Shown here in pieces: positions 10,540 to 22,364 of a DNA stretch of 57,614 nt (position 1 is its first letter; the number at the start of each line of letters is the position of its first letter). The notes under the pieces are model-generated. The model saw nothing but the letters and a program-made list of their open reading frames with translations, was not told the origin of the DNA and did no database searches. The position numbers and the translations under genes are program-made. The DNA lies in NCBI GenBank assembly GCA_035430165.1, contig DAOMGE010000017.1, positions 1-57,614 on the forward strand, in the 5' to 3' direction. The DNA comes from Pseudomonadales bacterium (lineage in GTDB: Bacteria; Pseudomonadota; Gammaproteobacteria; Pseudomonadales; UBA7239).

Positions 10540-13265
10540 ACACCACCTCCGACAGAAAGTTGTGCATGCGTATGCCCCAGGATCGGCGGCATTCCCGGAA
10601 TGCCCGCTGGCAAACCAACCAATCCCGGTGTAAGGGAGGAGCTGATTTTTACACGCAGTGAGTAACTGCGGTTGCCGAGTGTCACTTTCACCAGACTGTT
10701 TTCTGCCGCATTCAGTTTCGCTGCGTCAACTGTTGCAAGCGCAACGTACGCACCTGTCACCATCGTTTTGACCGCAGGCGCCAATACTGACAATTCATCA
10801 CTGCCAAACAAGTGATAAAGCGGCACCACATTCCACTTGCCGTCCTGCACTGCAAATGCAGCAGGAATTGCACTGTAGTAATGAAATGCCGAGCCTTCTA
10901 CCGGTTCAATCAGGCGGACACCGGAATCACCTGACCGTAAATGCCCACCCACTTCGTCCTGAAACTTGGTCCACGCTTGCGGTGAATTCCAGCCTGGTGC
11001 CCAGGCAAACGAGACAAAGGATGCATCTTCATGCGTACCGCTGTAACCCTCCATCGAAAACGACAAAGCGCTATCGGCATCCTGTGATACACGCGGCTCA
11101 TGCACAGACAGATTGGCGCGCATCGCTGTGCGGCCGGAATAACGACGAGGTGCCCGCGCAATCTTCAGACCTTTCATACGGTAGGAAGCACTTGGTGCAG
11201 CATCCATAATGCGCGCCAATGCCGGCACAGTTTGTGCACAAAGTTGCGTGATTTCATCAAACTGTGTCCAGCACGCCATGCGGCGTTCCATGGATGTGTG
11301 CAGTGCGTAAATCCATCGCCAGCTTTCATTGATTTTGTAATCCGGATTGTAGTAAGCCGGATCGTATACCTGGAAGTAACGCTGTGCACGCCCTTCCATA
11401 TTGATAACTGTGCCGTCGCTCTCTGCAAAACTTCCGGCGGGCAACACAAAATCTGCTTTTGCAACAGTCGGTGTGTTCTGGTGATCAATTACCACCAATA
11501 CCCTGGCTTTCGCCAAGGCAGCGTCAACACGTTCGGCATCCGCACGGCGACTGATATCATTTTCAACCACCACAACACCATCGGCTTCACCGCTTTCCAG
11601 CAACGCAAGGGCTGCCTCAACAGAAGCACCACCCAGCATGGCAACACCAATACTATTGACTTCAGGCTGACATAAACTGATCGAGGCTTTGTGGCCTTTT
11701 GCATGCAAGGCAGATGCAATATTGGCAGATGCCTGCATGATCGGCATGGACGCACAACCAGTACCAGAAACCACCAGCGGATTTTTTGACGCCAACAACG
11801 CTGCTGCGATACGAGATGCCAGCGCCTCCTGTTCCGCTGTCAGACCGCCAACAGCCGGGGCATTGCTATCAATCTTGTTGGCAACAGCAAAACCAAGGCG
11901 CGCAATATCGTCACTCGCCGCACGATAGGTTGCCTCTGCAACATCATCCAGTCGCGTTGCCGCAAAACTGGCGATAAACAACGGACTCTTTTCGTCTTGC
12001 GCAATATCTTTTACACCAGCAGCTTGCCAGTCAGCAATCTTGCTATCGGCAGCCATTGCCAGCCCTTTATTTTTTACCGATTGACGAAGCGCCAGTGCAA
12101 TACGCGGCGCTGTCTGCGTCACGTCCTCACCGAGCACAACAATCGCATCGCAACTTTCAATTTCACGCAGTGACGGCGTTCGCACAGGACTGTGTTGCAG
12201 GATTAACAAGGCCTGTTCGACCAATGCCTGTTTGGCGGCACTGGTGCCACTGAAAAAGTTTTCTGCGCCTAACCATTGCTGTAAGGCAAAGTTGGCTTCG
12301 ATACTGGCACGCGGCGAACCGATACCAATGATCCGTTTACAATCGCGCAGCGCATTGGCAGCAGCATCAAGGACGTCATCAACGCCCATAATATTTTTGC
12401 CATCCGTCGTTTTTTGCCAAGGCTGGCGCGGACGGTCATCGCGATTGACGTAGCCATGACCAAAACGGCCGCGATCGCAGAGGAAATAATGGTTAATCTC
12501 GCCGTGGTAACGGTTCTCGATACGGCGCAATTCGCCATAGCGTTCACCAGGACTGATATTACAACCGACACTGCACTGCTGGCAGACACTCGGCGCGAAC
12601 TGCATATCCCATTTACGGTTGTAGCGCTCCGAGTGTGTGCGGTCGGTAAACACACCAGTCGGGCAGACTTCGATCAGGTTGCCGGAAAATTCACTTTCGA
12701 AAACGCCATCTGTTTCACGACCGAAATACAGATTGTCATGCGCACCATAGACACCCAGGTCTTCGCCGCCAGAATAATCCTTGTAATAACGCACACAGCG
12801 ATAACAAGCGATACAGCGATTCATTTCATGATTGATAAAAGGACCGAGATCCTGGTTCTGGTGAGTACGTTTGGTAAAGCGGTAACGGCGCTGGTTGTGT
12901 CCTGCCATCACCGTCATATCCTGCAAATGGCAGTGACCGCCCTCTTCGCACACAGGACAATCATGCGGATGATTTGTCATCAACCATTCGACAACAGATT
13001 TTCGAAAAGCTTTTGCTTCTTCGTCATCAATGGAGATGTAAGTGTTATCGGTGGACGGTGTCATGCAAGACATGACGATACGCCCGCGCTTGTCATCCGC
13101 ATTGGCATATTGCTTCACTGCACAAGCGCGACAGGCACCTACCGAACCGAGCGCCGGATGCCAGCAGAAATACGGGACATCAAGACCCAGCGACAAACAG
13201 GCGCGCAACAGATTGTCTGCACCATCGACTTCGTGCGGTTTACCATCTACAAAAATGGTTGCCAT
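10536..13265 (-). CDS. nuoG: NADH-quinone oxidoreductase subunit G
   Basis: 909 aa. N-terminal 2Fe-2S/4Fe-4S cysteine clusters (CRACAVKQY; [18 protein letters not shown]) and a molybdopterin-like C-terminal domain, same length class as E. coli NuoG. Confidence 0.92.
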   Translation of the reverse strand: MATIFVDGKPHEVDGADNLLRACLSLGLDVPYFCWHPALGSVGACRACAVKQYANADDKRGRIVMSCMTPSTDNTYISIDDEEAKAFRKSVVEWLMTNHPHDCPVCEEGGHCHLQDMTVMAGHNQRRYRFTKRTHQNQDLGPFINHEMNRCIACYRCVRYYKDYSGGEDLGVYGAHDNLYFGRETDGVFESEFSGNLIEVCPTGVFTDRTHSERYNRKWDMQFAPSVCQQCSVGCNISPGERYGELRRIENRYHGEINHYFLCDRGRFGHGYVNRDDRPRQPWQKTTDGKNIMGVDDVLDAAANALRDCKRIIGIGSPRASIEANFALQQWLGAENFFSGTSAAKQALVEQALLILQHSPVRTPSLREIESCDAIVVLGEDVTQTAPRIALALRQSVKNKGLAMAADSKIADWQAAGVKDIAQDEKSPLFIASFAATRLDDVAEATYRAASDDIARLGFAVANKIDSNAPAVGGLTAEQEALASRIAAALLASKNPLVVSGTGCASMPIMQASANIASALHAKGHKASISLCQPEVNSIGVAMLGGASVEAALALLESGEADGVVVVENDISRRADAERVDAALAKARVLVVIDHQNTPTVAKADFVLPAGSFAESDGTVINMEGRAQRYFQVYDPAYYNPDYKINESWRWIYALHTSMERRMACWTQFDEITQLCAQTVPALARIMDAAPSASYRMKGLKIARAPRRYSGRTAMRANLSVHEPRVSQDADSALSFSMEGYSGTHEDASFVSFAWAPGWNSPQAWTKFQDEVGGHLRSGDSGVRLIEPVEGSAFHYYSAIPAAFAVQDGKWNVVPLYHLFGSDELSVLAPAVKTMVTGAYVALATVDAAKLNAAENSLVKVTLGNRSYSLRVKISSSLTPGLVGLPAGIPGMPPILGHTHAQLSVGGGV

Positions 13266-13272
13266 CTTTGCT

Positions 13273-14577
13273 TCACCCTACCTTCTGTCCGGCATCGTTT
13301 TTCGGGATGCCTCGCTCAAATTCACCACGGAAAAATTTCAACGCACTTTGCAACGGCTCCATCGCACCCGGCGCATGCGCACAAAATGTTTTTCCGGGGC
13401 CGAGGAAACGCGTGGTCTGTTCCAGCATTTCGATATCACCGACCCGGCCTTCACCCTGTTCAATCGCTTGCAACACCTTCACTGTCCATGGCAAACCATC
13501 TCGGCATGGCGTACACCAGCCACAGGATTCACGTGCAAAAAACTGCTCAAGATTGCGCACAACCGAAACAATGTTCTGTTTATTATCGACTGCCATGATC
13601 AGCCCGGTGCCCATACGACTACCTGCCTTCATGATCGTGTCGTAATCCATCGCCAGATCGAGATGTTCCGGCAACAAAAAATCGGTAGAGGCACCACCCG
13701 GCAACCAGCACATCAGGTCGAGACCTCTCTGCATACCGCCAGCGTGCTCCTCAAGAATTTCACGTGCAGTGGTGCCTATCGGCAATTCCCATACACCCGT
13801 ACGATTGACGCGGCCGGATGCACCGTACAATTTGGTACCTGCATCCGGACTCTTGCCTTTGGACAAACCTTTGAACCACTCGCCACCACGCAAAATAATT
13901 GCCGGTACATTGCTGAGCGTTTCCACATTGTTAACAACGGTTGGCTTTCCCCACAAACCCGAAATTTGCGGAAACGGTGGTTTTGCACGCGGGTTGGCAC
14001 GACGGCCTTCCAGTGAATTGATCAATGCCGTTTCTTCGCCACAAATGTAACGACCTGCACCGGTATGGACATACAATTCCATACCCCAACCGGAACCCAG
14101 GATGTTATCACCCAGGTAACCTGCAGCTTTTACTTCAGCAACTGCGCGATTCAATCGCTCCGCAGCAACCGTGTATTCACCGCGCAAAAAAATGTAAGCC
14201 TTCGAAACCTGCAATGCATAACCGGCCACAATCATGGCTTCCACCAGTTGATGCGGCAATTGCTCCATCAACAGGCGATCCTTGAAGGTGCCAGGCTCCA
14301 TTTCGTCAGCATTGCAAACCAGGTATTTGTTTTTCGGTGCATTCTCACCCATCGGCACCAATGACCATTTGATACCTGCCGGGAATCCTGCACCACCGCG
14401 ACCACGCAAATTGGCATCTTTTACGGTTTGTTGTACATCGGCTGGCGAGAGTTCCTTGATGACTTTGCGCAATGCAGCAAAACCTTCAAGTGATTCATAC
14501 GTTTTCAGGTCAAGCAACTGGCCGCCAAGTTTGTCTATGCGCCACGTCAGTGGATGTGTTTCAGCGCTCTTGCTCAT
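13273..14577 (-). CDS. nuoF: NADH-quinone oxidoreductase subunit F (FMN/NADH binding)
   Basis: [11 protein letters not shown] motif and C-terminal 4Fe-4S cysteines ([12 protein letters not shown]), 434 aa. Confidence 0.93.
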   Translation of the reverse strand: MSKSAETHPLTWRIDKLGGQLLDLKTYESLEGFAALRKVIKELSPADVQQTVKDANLRGRGGAGFPAGIKWSLVPMGENAPKNKYLVCNADEMEPGTFKDRLLMEQLPHQLVEAMIVAGYALQVSKAYIFLRGEYTVAAERLNRAVAEVKAAGYLGDNILGSGWGMELYVHTGAGRYICGEETALINSLEGRRANPRAKPPFPQISGLWGKPTVVNNVETLSNVPAIILRGGEWFKGLSKGKSPDAGTKLYGASGRVNRTGVWELPIGTTAREILEEHAGGMQRGLDLMCWLPGGASTDFLLPEHLDLAMDYDTIMKAGSRMGTGLIMAVDNKQNIVSVVRNLEQFFARESCGWCTPCRDGLPWTVKVLQAIEQGEGRVGDIEMLEQTTRFLGPGKTFCAHAPGAMEPLQSALKFFRGEFERGIPKNDAGQKVG

Positions 14578-15101
14578 ACATAGCGCTCCAGCAAGGCAGG
14601 AATATCAGCAATTGCGACGGGGCCGTGTGTGTCGCTGTCGATCATCAAGGTCGGACCCTTGTCGCAATTACCCAGACAACAAATCGGTAACAGTGTGAAG
14701 CGGCCATCAGCAGTAGTCTGTCCGTATTCAATTCCCAGATGTTTCTTGATTGCCGTAATCAAATCTTCGTAACCCGTCAGGAAACAGCCGATGCTGTCAC
14801 ACACTTTTATCACATGCCTGCCAACAGGTTTACGAAATATGAGGTTGTAGAATGTAGCAACACCTTCGACATCGGACGCAGGAATTTCAAGCACGCCGGC
14901 AATGGCGGCTATCGCCTGGTCTGGCACCCAGCCATGACGTTTCTGCACAATTTTCAATGCATCGATTGACGCTGCGCGCGGGTCGTCGTAATGATGGATG
15001 CAGCGAAGGATTTCTTCGCGGTCTTCCGGAAAAAAGGCATAGCGCGGACTGCGATCAGTCGCGAGCACGGAATTGGTCTGTACAGGTTTAGCGGTCGACA
15101 T
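14574..15101 (-). CDS. nuoE: NADH-quinone oxidoreductase subunit E (2Fe-2S)
   Basis: 175 aa, thioredoxin-like 2Fe-2S motifs (CDSIGC ... [10 protein letters not shown]). Confidence 0.92.
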   Translation of the reverse strand: MSTAKPVQTNSVLATDRSPRYAFFPEDREEILRCIHHYDDPRAASIDALKIVQKRHGWVPDQAIAAIAGVLEIPASDVEGVATFYNLIFRKPVGRHVIKVCDSIGCFLTGYEDLITAIKKHLGIEYGQTTADGRFTLLPICCLGNCDKGPTLMIDSDTHGPVAIADIPALLERYV

Positions 15102-16911
15102 CAGCCATCACGAAGTCAATGGAAGCCAGATAGGCGATCAGATCCGGGATCATGGACCCACGAATCACCGAAGGAATTTGTTGCAAGTGCGGGAAGCTGG
15201 GCGTACGGATGCGTGTGCGGTAACTCATCGTGCTCGCATCGGAAATCAGGTAGTAACTGTTGATACCCTTGGTCGCCTCGATCATCTGACTGCTCTCGCC
15301 AGCAGGCATAACCGGGCCCCACGACACACTCAGGAAGTGCGTGATCAGCGTTTCGATATCTTTCAGCGTACGCTCTTTCGGTGGCGGGCAAGTCAGCGGA
15401 TGATCTGCCTTGTACGGACCTTCCGGCATGTTTTCCATACACTGGCGGATAATGCGCAAGCTCTGGCGAATTTCTTCGAGACGCACGATAGCACGATCAT
15501 ATGCATCGCCATTGGCTGCGAGCGGCACATCAAAATCAAAACGATCGTAACCTGAATACGGACGCTGTTTGCGCAAGTCAAAATCGACACCTGTGGAGCG
15601 TAACCCGGGGCCAGTGACGCCCCACTCCAGGGCTTCCTTGCTGTTGTATTGCGCCACACCAATGGTTCGAGCACGCAAGATACCGTTCATGAACGCGGCT
15701 TTGTGGTATTCATCAAGTCGCTTGGGCATCCAGTCAAGAAACTCACGAACTTTCACATCCCAACCGCGCGGCAAATCGTGCGCAAGACCACCGATGCGAT
15801 ACCACGCCGGATGCATACGGAAACCCGTGATTGCTTCAATAACGTCGTAGGCTTTCTGGCGGTCGGTAAACATGAAGAAAATTGGTGTCATGCCGCCAAC
15901 ATCCTGCACATAAGTTCCGAGGAACAGCAAATGCGACGTGATGCGGAAAAATTCCGCCATCATTACGCGTATCACTTCCACGCGTTCCGGCACTTTGATG
16001 CCCGCCAGTTTTTCTACCGCCAGTACGTACGGCAGGTTGTTCATCACCCCGCCGAGATAATCGATACGGTCAGTGTAGGGAATATAGGAATGCCAGCTCT
16101 GGCGCTCGGCCATTTTTTCAGCGCCACGGTGGTGGTAGCCGATGTCAGGCACACAGTCGACAATTTCCTCGCCATCCAGTTGTAAGACAATGCGGAAAGC
16201 ACCGTGTGCGGACGGGTGATTAGGGCCGAGGTTGAGAAACATGAAATCGGCATCATCACTGCTGCGTTTCATGCCCCAGTCTTCCGGATTGAAACGCAAC
16301 GCTTCCTGTGCAGCATCCTGCTTGGCTGCATCAAGATAGAACGGATCAAATTCTGTGGCACGTGCCGGATACGTCTTGCGCAACGGATGGCCTTGCCAGT
16401 TGCCGGGCATCAAAATACGCGACAGGTGTGGATGGCCATCAAAAACAATACCGAACAGGTCCCAGACTTCGCGCTCATACCAGTTGGCATTCGGCCAGAT
16501 GCCGCTAACGGTTGGCAAATGCAGATCGCTCGCCTGCAACGCCACCTTGATGCGCACATCACTGTTCCTTTCTATCGACAACAGATGATAGAAAACCGTG
16601 AATTCCGAAGGCGGTTGTCCGCGGCGATACGTACGCAACTGCTCATCGATCGCCGAGAGGTCATACAGCATCACAAACGGACGCGGTGTATGCCGCAGGA
16701 ATTTCAGGACATCCAGCAGTTGTTCGCGCTGCACCCATAAGGTCGGCACCTGATCCCGTGTGCGCTGGAAACGGCAAATACCCGCACCAAAACGCGCGTG
16801 CAATTCGCGCACGATTTCGAATTCTGAACCGGGCAGCGGCTCGGGTGGTATTTCGCTCGTCAATTGCTCGTCTGACACGCTATCGATTCCAACCTGAATG
16901 TATCCAAACAA
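15088..16911 (-). CDS. nuoC: Fused NADH-quinone oxidoreductase subunit C/D
   Basis: 607 aa, colinear with E. coli fused NuoCD ([14 protein letters not shown]; [39 protein letters not shown]; C-terminal [11 protein letters not shown]). The track start is a TTG, so the exact start is uncertain. Confidence 0.9.
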   Translation of the reverse strand: MFGYIQVGIDSVSDEQLTSEIPPEPLPGSEFEIVRELHARFGAGICRFQRTRDQVPTLWVQREQLLDVLKFLRHTPRPFVMLYDLSAIDEQLRTYRRGQPPSEFTVFYHLLSIERNSDVRIKVALQASDLHLPTVSGIWPNANWYEREVWDLFGIVFDGHPHLSRILMPGNWQGHPLRKTYPARATEFDPFYLDAAKQDAAQEALRFNPEDWGMKRSSDDADFMFLNLGPNHPSAHGAFRIVLQLDGEEIVDCVPDIGYHHRGAEKMAERQSWHSYIPYTDRIDYLGGVMNNLPYVLAVEKLAGIKVPERVEVIRVMMAEFFRITSHLLFLGTYVQDVGGMTPIFFMFTDRQKAYDVIEAITGFRMHPAWYRIGGLAHDLPRGWDVKVREFLDWMPKRLDEYHKAAFMNGILRARTIGVAQYNSKEALEWGVTGPGLRSTGVDFDLRKQRPYSGYDRFDFDVPLAANGDAYDRAIVRLEEIRQSLRIIRQCMENMPEGPYKADHPLTCPPPKERTLKDIETLITHFLSVSWGPVMPAGESSQMIEATKGINSYYLISDASTMSYRTRIRTPSFPHLQQIPSVIRGSMIPDLIAYLASIDFVMADVDR

Positions 16912-16917
16912 AAACCA

Positions 16918-17589
16918 TTAAACAGAATCCGGGGTACGCAATACTTGCACGGCGCAACGTTCAGCCTGTTTCAGGTCACGCTGTGCCGGCATATTCGCCT
17001 TGTAAACACCCTGCTCACCCACTACCCAAGAAAGCGGGCGTCGTTCCTTGCCGATAGCATCCTGCAACAACATCAAGCCTTGCAGGAATGCCTCCGGGCG
17101 CGGCGGGCAACCGGGAATGTAAACATCGACCGGCAGGAATTTATCGACACCCTGCACCACCGAGTAGATGTCGTACATGCCGCCGGAATTGGCGCAGGAA
17201 CCCATGGAAATCACCCATTTCGGCTCCAGCATCTGCTCGTATAAACGCTGCACAACCGGCGCCATCTTGATAAAACAGGTACCGGCGACCACCATCAGGT
17301 CGGCCTGGCGCGGTGACGCGCGGATAACTTCCGCCCCGAACCGTGCTACGTCATGAGGCGAGGTAAAGGCTGTGGCCATTTCGACATAGCAACAGGAAAG
17401 GCCAAAATTGTATGGCCAGAGGGAATTCTTGCGACCCCAGTTCACGGCGTCGTGCAGGATATGCTCCAGCTTGCCCATGAAGATGTTCTTGTGAACCTGC
17501 TCCTCGAGTGGATCACGCACAGTCTGCTGTTCAACAGGCGGATAATGGCCTGGCTGGTCAGGATTGATACGGGTCAGTGTGTAATCCAT
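16918..17589 (-). CDS. nuoB: NADH-quinone oxidoreductase subunit B
   Basis: 223 aa with the N2-cluster motifs SCCYVEMA ... GSCANSGG ... CPPRPE. Confidence 0.93.
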   Translation of the reverse strand: MDYTLTRINPDQPGHYPPVEQQTVRDPLEEQVHKNIFMGKLEHILHDAVNWGRKNSLWPYNFGLSCCYVEMATAFTSPHDVARFGAEVIRASPRQADLMVVAGTCFIKMAPVVQRLYEQMLEPKWVISMGSCANSGGMYDIYSVVQGVDKFLPVDVYIPGCPPRPEAFLQGLMLLQDAIGKERRPLSWVVGEQGVYKANMPAQRDLKQAERCAVQVLRTPDSV

Positions 17590-17609
17590 CGTAACCTCGG
17601 GTTAACAGA

Positions 17610-18062
17610 TCAGGTGTGCTTCTCGGCGTTCTGGCCAGGTTCCAGTGCATGCACCGCCTTGCGGCGGCGCGCTTCGGGTGACCAGTCCAGCGCGCCGATA
17701 CGCCAGACGTAAACCAGCCCGGCCAGCAGCACGGCAATAAAAATGCTCGCCTCGACAAAACCTGCCCAGCCAGACTCGCGCAGACTGACTGCCCAGGCGT
17801 AGAGGAACAGGGCCTCGACATCGAAGATCACAAAGAACATGGCAGTGAGGTAAAACTTGGCTGACAGGCGCATGCGCGCACTGCCCACAGAGACAATACC
17901 CGACTCGAACGGGTCGTTCTTGGCACGACCACGGTAGCGTCCACCGAGGAAATACGAGACGCCCAGCATCAGGCAGCACATCGCAAAAATGACTAGCAGG
18001 AAAAAGCCGAAAGACCAGTTATGCGCGAGAACTTCTAACTTGTCTGGGGATATGGAGGACAC
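17610..18062 (-). CDS. nuoA: NADH-quinone oxidoreductase subunit A
   Basis: Strong match to E. coli NuoA (AHNWSF..F; [40 protein letters not shown]). The track ORF extends to a TTG at 18116. I prefer the in-frame GTG at 18060-18062, which has a GGAG 6 nt upstream and gives about 150 aa, close to E. coli's 147 aa. Confidence 0.85.
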   Translation of the reverse strand: MSSISPDKLEVLAHNWSFGFFLLVIFAMCCLMLGVSYFLGGRYRGRAKNDPFESGIVSVGSARMRLSAKFYLTAMFFVIFDVEALFLYAWAVSLRESGWAGFVEASIFIAVLLAGLVYVWRIGALDWSPEARRRKAVHALEPGQNAEKHT

Positions 18063-18224
18063 GTACAGCTCCAATGGCAGCAAAAAACCGTTTATATTCA
18101 AGACACTCGGCGACAATCAGCAGATTGCAACGCCTCAGATTGCGCGCTCGGCATGTTACCGAAAGGGTGCGGATTTTGCACGGCTTTTCTTGGTGGCAAT
18201 TCCTGCAAAAGCCTTGCAAAACAA

Positions 18225-18236
18225 TGATCAGGATCA
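18225..18236. promoter_or_regulatory. Perfect palindrome TGATCAGGATCA in the divergent nuoA / secreted-protein intergenic region
   Basis: Read directly in the 260-bp intergenic region 18117..18376. Candidate dimeric regulator operator; function unknown. Confidence 0.25.
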
Positions 18237-18376
18237 CTTATTTCGAGGCGTCGTTCATGCTAGGACGTGCGCATACCGCCCTGCCCAACCAGCCCGCGAG
18301 CAGACCCGGCACATCAAAATGCGCTGGATGAATTTATGTTTCAATAGCCTGCGAAACCTACCATGGAGCCGAATGT

Positions 18377-18988
18377 ATGAAACAGGAAAAGTCCCTTACG
18401 CGCTCACACCTTTTCACAACGTGGCTGGCACTGTCGCTCTTCAGCGTGATCGCTTTCGCTGGCGAGCCTATTCCAGGAGTCGATGTTAATCTCGGCAAGA
18501 ATCCTGGCGGCGCTATCGTTACCACCCGAACTGGCAAGGATGGTTCATTCAAATTTACCGGACTGACCCCCGGGAAATACGACCTGCGTGTCAAGGGTCA
18601 ACCCGACAAGTTACTCTCTGTCGGTGCAGACGGCATAGTCAACGGCAGTCTCACCAAAGACAGCACAGGAAATATCAATTTCTTTTCCTGTTGCATTTCT
18701 ATTGAGCATCACGATGGTGTTGACCAACAAGCAGCAAACATAAAAGGCTCGATAATTTACGAAGACAAAAAAACAGATCAAGGACATCCCGATGGATCTG
18801 CAAATAATCCGGCAACTCTCAAGGATCGACAATCCGAGGCCGTGGATCACGAATTCAACAAATTGCACACAACTCCTGATGATCACGGTTCTACCGCAGA
18901 CCCTATAGGCCCCGCCGGCGCCATGAGTCCTGACGGCCCTGTTGGCAGCAGCCCCATAGGTGGCAGCAGTGGCGCCATGGGGCCGTAA
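18377..18988 (+). CDS. Secreted hypothetical protein with a carboxypeptidase-regulatory-like beta-sandwich and a Gly/Pro-rich tail
   Basis: GGAG RBS 8 nt upstream of ATG. Signal peptide (LFTTWLALSLFSVIAFAG). Motif TRTGKDGSFKFTGLTPGKYDLRV typical of CarboxypepD_reg/Cna-B-like folds. C-terminus contains PIGPAGAMSPDGPVGSSPIGGSSGAMGP. Confidence 0.5.
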   Translation: MKQEKSLTRSHLFTTWLALSLFSVIAFAGEPIPGVDVNLGKNPGGAIVTTRTGKDGSFKFTGLTPGKYDLRVKGQPDKLLSVGADGIVNGSLTKDSTGNINFFSCCISIEHHDGVDQQAANIKGSIIYEDKKTDQGHPDGSANNPATLKDRQSEAVDHEFNKLHTTPDDHGSTADPIGPAGAMSPDGPVGSSPIGGSSGAMGP

Positions 18989-19021
18989 CAACAGGAAAAA
19001 TACATCAGGTATCGAGGACTT

Positions 19022-19858
19022 ATGCGCATATCACGAAAGCGCTTGCTTTATGGTCTTGCATGCATTGCCATGTCTGTTTCCAACGCACATGCAGATGACA
19101 ACATGTCCCTGAAAAGTGAAAAACGTTTCAGGGACTATGTGGTACGTGTTTATGACGCCAATGATCTCAACAGCGCAGCAAACAATTCCTGCGTTGAAAT
19201 AAGCCAGCAAGCGAAAAAGATTTTCTCGAAATGCGGCAACCAGTTTGCAATAGGCAGCCTTTACACGGATGAAAACAACATCGGCACTAACATCACTGGC
19301 AATGGCATCCCGAATCTTGTCATCTCGGAATATACCGGCGGCGCACATTGCTGCCTGATTTTGCACGTCTTTGAAATCGGCGAAAAATTTTCTCCTGTCC
19401 AGTCAATGGATTTACAAAACTCGACGGATGCCTATTTCAGCAATCTCGACCGTGATCCGGCACTCGAACTCGCGATCAATGACTGGTCGTTTGCTTACTG
19501 GAAAACCTCATTTGCGGATTCACCGGCACCAAGGGTCATACTCAAATATCGCGACGGCAAATACCGGCCAGCACCAGCACTGATGAAATTGCCCGCCTCT
19601 GCACAATCCCAGCTTGAAAAAGAAGCGCTTGCCATTGCTTCACTCCCGCAATGGCAGGACCAGAAATTGCAAATCCCCTCCGACCTTTGGCGCACCATGC
19701 TGGATCTCATCTACAGTGGCAACGTGAAGCAGGCCTGGCATTTTTTCGATGTCGCATGGCCCAATAACATCGAAGGCAAAAAAGAATTTCTTGCCGAATT
19801 CAGGAAACAGCTGGAAACCAGTCCTTACTGGCACGACATCCAGGCCATGAATCCGTAA
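19022..19858 (+). CDS. Secreted hypothetical protein (278 aa)
   Basis: GAGGA RBS. N-terminal signal peptide (LLYGLACIAMSVSNAHA). No recognisable domain. Visibly more AT-rich codons than its neighbours. Confidence 0.5.
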   Translation: MRISRKRLLYGLACIAMSVSNAHADDNMSLKSEKRFRDYVVRVYDANDLNSAANNSCVEISQQAKKIFSKCGNQFAIGSLYTDENNIGTNITGNGIPNLVISEYTGGAHCCLILHVFEIGEKFSPVQSMDLQNSTDAYFSNLDRDPALELAINDWSFAYWKTSFADSPAPRVILKYRDGKYRPAPALMKLPASAQSQLEKEALAIASLPQWQDQKLQIPSDLWRTMLDLIYSGNVKQAWHFFDVAWPNNIEGKKEFLAEFRKQLETSPYWHDIQAMNP

Positions 19859-20004
19859 AACATCATGGATGTCTGGCCAACGCACATGGTTGCCGTTCAA
19901 TCACGTTATTGACCGGAATCAGTCGACACACCGGGAAAGCTGGAAAGATTGGCGGGCATGGCTCAAAATGCTGCCAACCTTTTGACCGACACCCGTACTC
20001 CATC

Positions 20005-21549
20005 ATGACAGCAAGCCCTGTTCGTCGGCCTATTGCCAGCCTTGCCCGTATCGCCAGAGTCCTCGCCGTATGCTCTTTCAGCCTGCTAGCTGCGTGCACC
20101 GGTGACTTGCCACAACGCGCAGATGAGGATGAACCCGCCAGTCATTCGCGTTTCCAGCAACCGGCCGCATTCAATTTCGGCCACAGTGACGGCCTGATGT
20201 GCCCGGCTGACTGGCATCGCGCACCGGCATTACAACCGGATTTATGGGACCGCATAACAAAAAATTATTCGTTCAAGCCAATCAATAACGATCGCATCGT
20301 TACCGAACGCAACTGGTATGCCAGCCACCAGGCTTACCTGAACCGCATGTCAGGCAATGCCTCCCGTTACCTCTACTATGTCGAAAGTGAACTGGAGCGC
20401 CGCAAGTTGCCGAGTGAGCTGGCGCTGTTACCTATAGTTGAAAGCGCATACAACCCCTTTGCCTATTCAAATAGCCAGGCCTCCGGTTTGTGGCAATTTA
20501 TCCCGAGTACCGCCAAGCATCTCGAGATGAGCATGAACTGGTGGTATGACGGGCGCCGCGACATTGTCGCCTCGACTGACAATGCACTGGACTATCTGGT
20601 ATTCCTGCGCGACCACTACGACGGCGACTGGCTAAAGGCGTTGGCTGCCTATAACGCCGGCTGGGGAACAATCGACCGCGCCGTTGCCAAAAACAAGGCC
20701 AAAGGGCTGGCCACTGATTACTGGAGCCTTGATGTGCCCGCCGAAACACGCGCCTATGTCCCCAAGCTACTGGCACTGGCGCAGCTCAGCAAACATCCTG
20801 AAACCTATGGCGTGCACTGGGCTTATATCCCGAACTTACCCTACTTCGCACCGGTGAACATTGGCGAACAACTGGATGTGATGCTGGCCGCCGACATGGC
20901 CAAGATCAATACTGACGAGCTGTATTTGCTGAATCCGGGCATCAACCGCGGCTCAACACCACCCGGCGCTAATTACCCGCTGCTGGTGCCGATTGACCAG
21001 GCCAATGATCTTCAGGAACGACTCGCCGGCTTTGGCTCCGAAAGTCGACTGCAATGGGCGCACGCCATGACCAATCCACACTTCAAGGAAATTGAGGATA
21101 AGGACTTGCGCAAACAACAGGTACTGAGTGGCCGCAATTACCTGATCCAGAGCGGCGACACACTGGCTGCAGTTTCCCGGAAAACCCGTGTGAGCGTCGC
21201 AGACATCAAACGCCTGAACAATATGGGCGACAAGGACCCACTCATCCTGGGACAGCGTCTGGCGTTGCCACCGCTGCCAAAACCAGCGGCAAAACCCGGC
21301 GTGACAAACAAGCCTGCCGTTAAAACCGCATCAGGCAAAAAAACCGTAACCGTTGCAGCCAGAATCGACAGTATCACGCAGAAAAACAGCGAAACCAGAC
21401 CAGATCCAAAACCTGCCTCGAAAATTGTCGCCCCGAAAAAGAGCGACAACGAGAAGAAAAATGACAAACAAAAGGAAACCGCCAAACACAACAACAAATC
21501 GGGACAGAAAGCAAAAAATCCTGAAAAATGCAGCAGCGACAAATGTTGA
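20005..21549 (+). CDS. mltD: Membrane-bound lytic murein transglycosylase D-like lipoprotein (SLT domain + LysM) with a Lys-rich C-terminal tail
   Basis: Start moved to MTASPVRRP...LLAACTG (lipobox). SLT motif ELALLPIVESAYNPFAYSNSQASGLWQFIPST. LysM (YLIQSGDTLAAVS...ADIKRLNN). About 90-aa K/P/A/T-rich tail. Confidence 0.8.
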   Translation: MTASPVRRPIASLARIARVLAVCSFSLLAACTGDLPQRADEDEPASHSRFQQPAAFNFGHSDGLMCPADWHRAPALQPDLWDRITKNYSFKPINNDRIVTERNWYASHQAYLNRMSGNASRYLYYVESELERRKLPSELALLPIVESAYNPFAYSNSQASGLWQFIPSTAKHLEMSMNWWYDGRRDIVASTDNALDYLVFLRDHYDGDWLKALAAYNAGWGTIDRAVAKNKAKGLATDYWSLDVPAETRAYVPKLLALAQLSKHPETYGVHWAYIPNLPYFAPVNIGEQLDVMLAADMAKINTDELYLLNPGINRGSTPPGANYPLLVPIDQANDLQERLAGFGSESRLQWAHAMTNPHFKEIEDKDLRKQQVLSGRNYLIQSGDTLAAVSRKTRVSVADIKRLNNMGDKDPLILGQRLALPPLPKPAAKPGVTNKPAVKTASGKKTVTVAARIDSITQKNSETRPDPKPASKIVAPKKSDNEKKNDKQKETAKHNNKSGQKAKNPEKCSSDKC

Positions 21550-21600
21550 TGCCGTTCATTACCCGGAATATCCCTGCCAGAACAGACTGAAATTGTCACC

Positions 21601-22314
21601 ATGAAAACAGATTTGCGCCCATACTGGGTCAAGAAAAATTATTTGCGATTCCGTCACTGGTATGCAGAAATTTTCCTGCGCCCTGAGTGCACCTCCCTCG
21701 GCCAGCACCACACCATCATGAAGCCTTGGTACACCGTGATTTCCGGTGACAACATCCACATTGGCGAATCGCCTACCATCGTGGCAGAAGCAGACCAGCG
21801 CGTGCGCATCGGTGTGTGGGGGCGTGAGCCTGGCGCAGGCACGATCCGCATCGGCGATGCCGTGATGATTTCACCCGGTGTGCGGATTTCTGCTTCGGAT
21901 GAAATCATCATTGGTGATGGCTGCATGTTTGCCAACGGCGCCTATGTCACCGATTGCGACTGGCATGGCATTTACGATCGCACACAACGCGATGCAGGGA
22001 TTTATCCTGTACGCATCGGCAACAACGTCTGGATTGGCGATCACGCAACGGTATTGAAAGGTGTAACAATAGGTGACAACAGTGTAGTGGCGGCCTGTAG
22101 CGTGGTGACAAAAGATGTGCCAGCGAATGTTATCGTCGCAGGCAACCCGGCACGTGTCGTAAAAGAACTCGACCCTTCCATCGGATTCACAACCCGCACA
22201 CAGTTCTATGCGAACCCGCAGGCACTTGCCAAACAGTTTGATGATATCGATCGACTGGTTCTCAGTGGCAACAGTCTCTGGCGATGGATGCTATCAATGC
22301 TGGCAAGAAAATAG
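21601..22314 (+). CDS. Left-handed beta-helix (hexapeptide-repeat) acetyl/acyltransferase
   Basis: Hexapeptide repeats ([13 protein letters not shown]; [31 protein letters not shown]; AGNPARV). Weak RBS, so the start could instead be the internal MKPWYTV. Confidence 0.7.
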   Translation: MKTDLRPYWVKKNYLRFRHWYAEIFLRPECTSLGQHHTIMKPWYTVISGDNIHIGESPTIVAEADQRVRIGVWGREPGAGTIRIGDAVMISPGVRISASDEIIIGDGCMFANGAYVTDCDWHGIYDRTQRDAGIYPVRIGNNVWIGDHATVLKGVTIGDNSVVAACSVVTKDVPANVIVAGNPARVVKELDPSIGFTTRTQFYANPQALAKQFDDIDRLVLSGNSLWRWMLSMLARK

Positions 22315-22364
22315 GCCGTGCTACCCTTGGGTTGGGCAGCACATATCGCAAAAGGATGGGCGCC

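Noticed and set aside
12414-14016. Long plus-strand ORFs (394 aa and 324 aa) lying inside nuoG/nuoF
   Set aside because: They are antisense to strongly supported NuoG and NuoF coding sequence. Their translations are low-complexity and Arg/His/Thr-rich with no motifs, which is typical of spurious antisense ORFs in GC-rich genes.
21130-21640. 164-aa minus-strand ORF 21138..21632 overlapping the mltD tail
   Set aside because: It is the antisense reading of the low-complexity Lys-rich tail region. It gives a hydrophobic poly-F/L/S translation with no start context.
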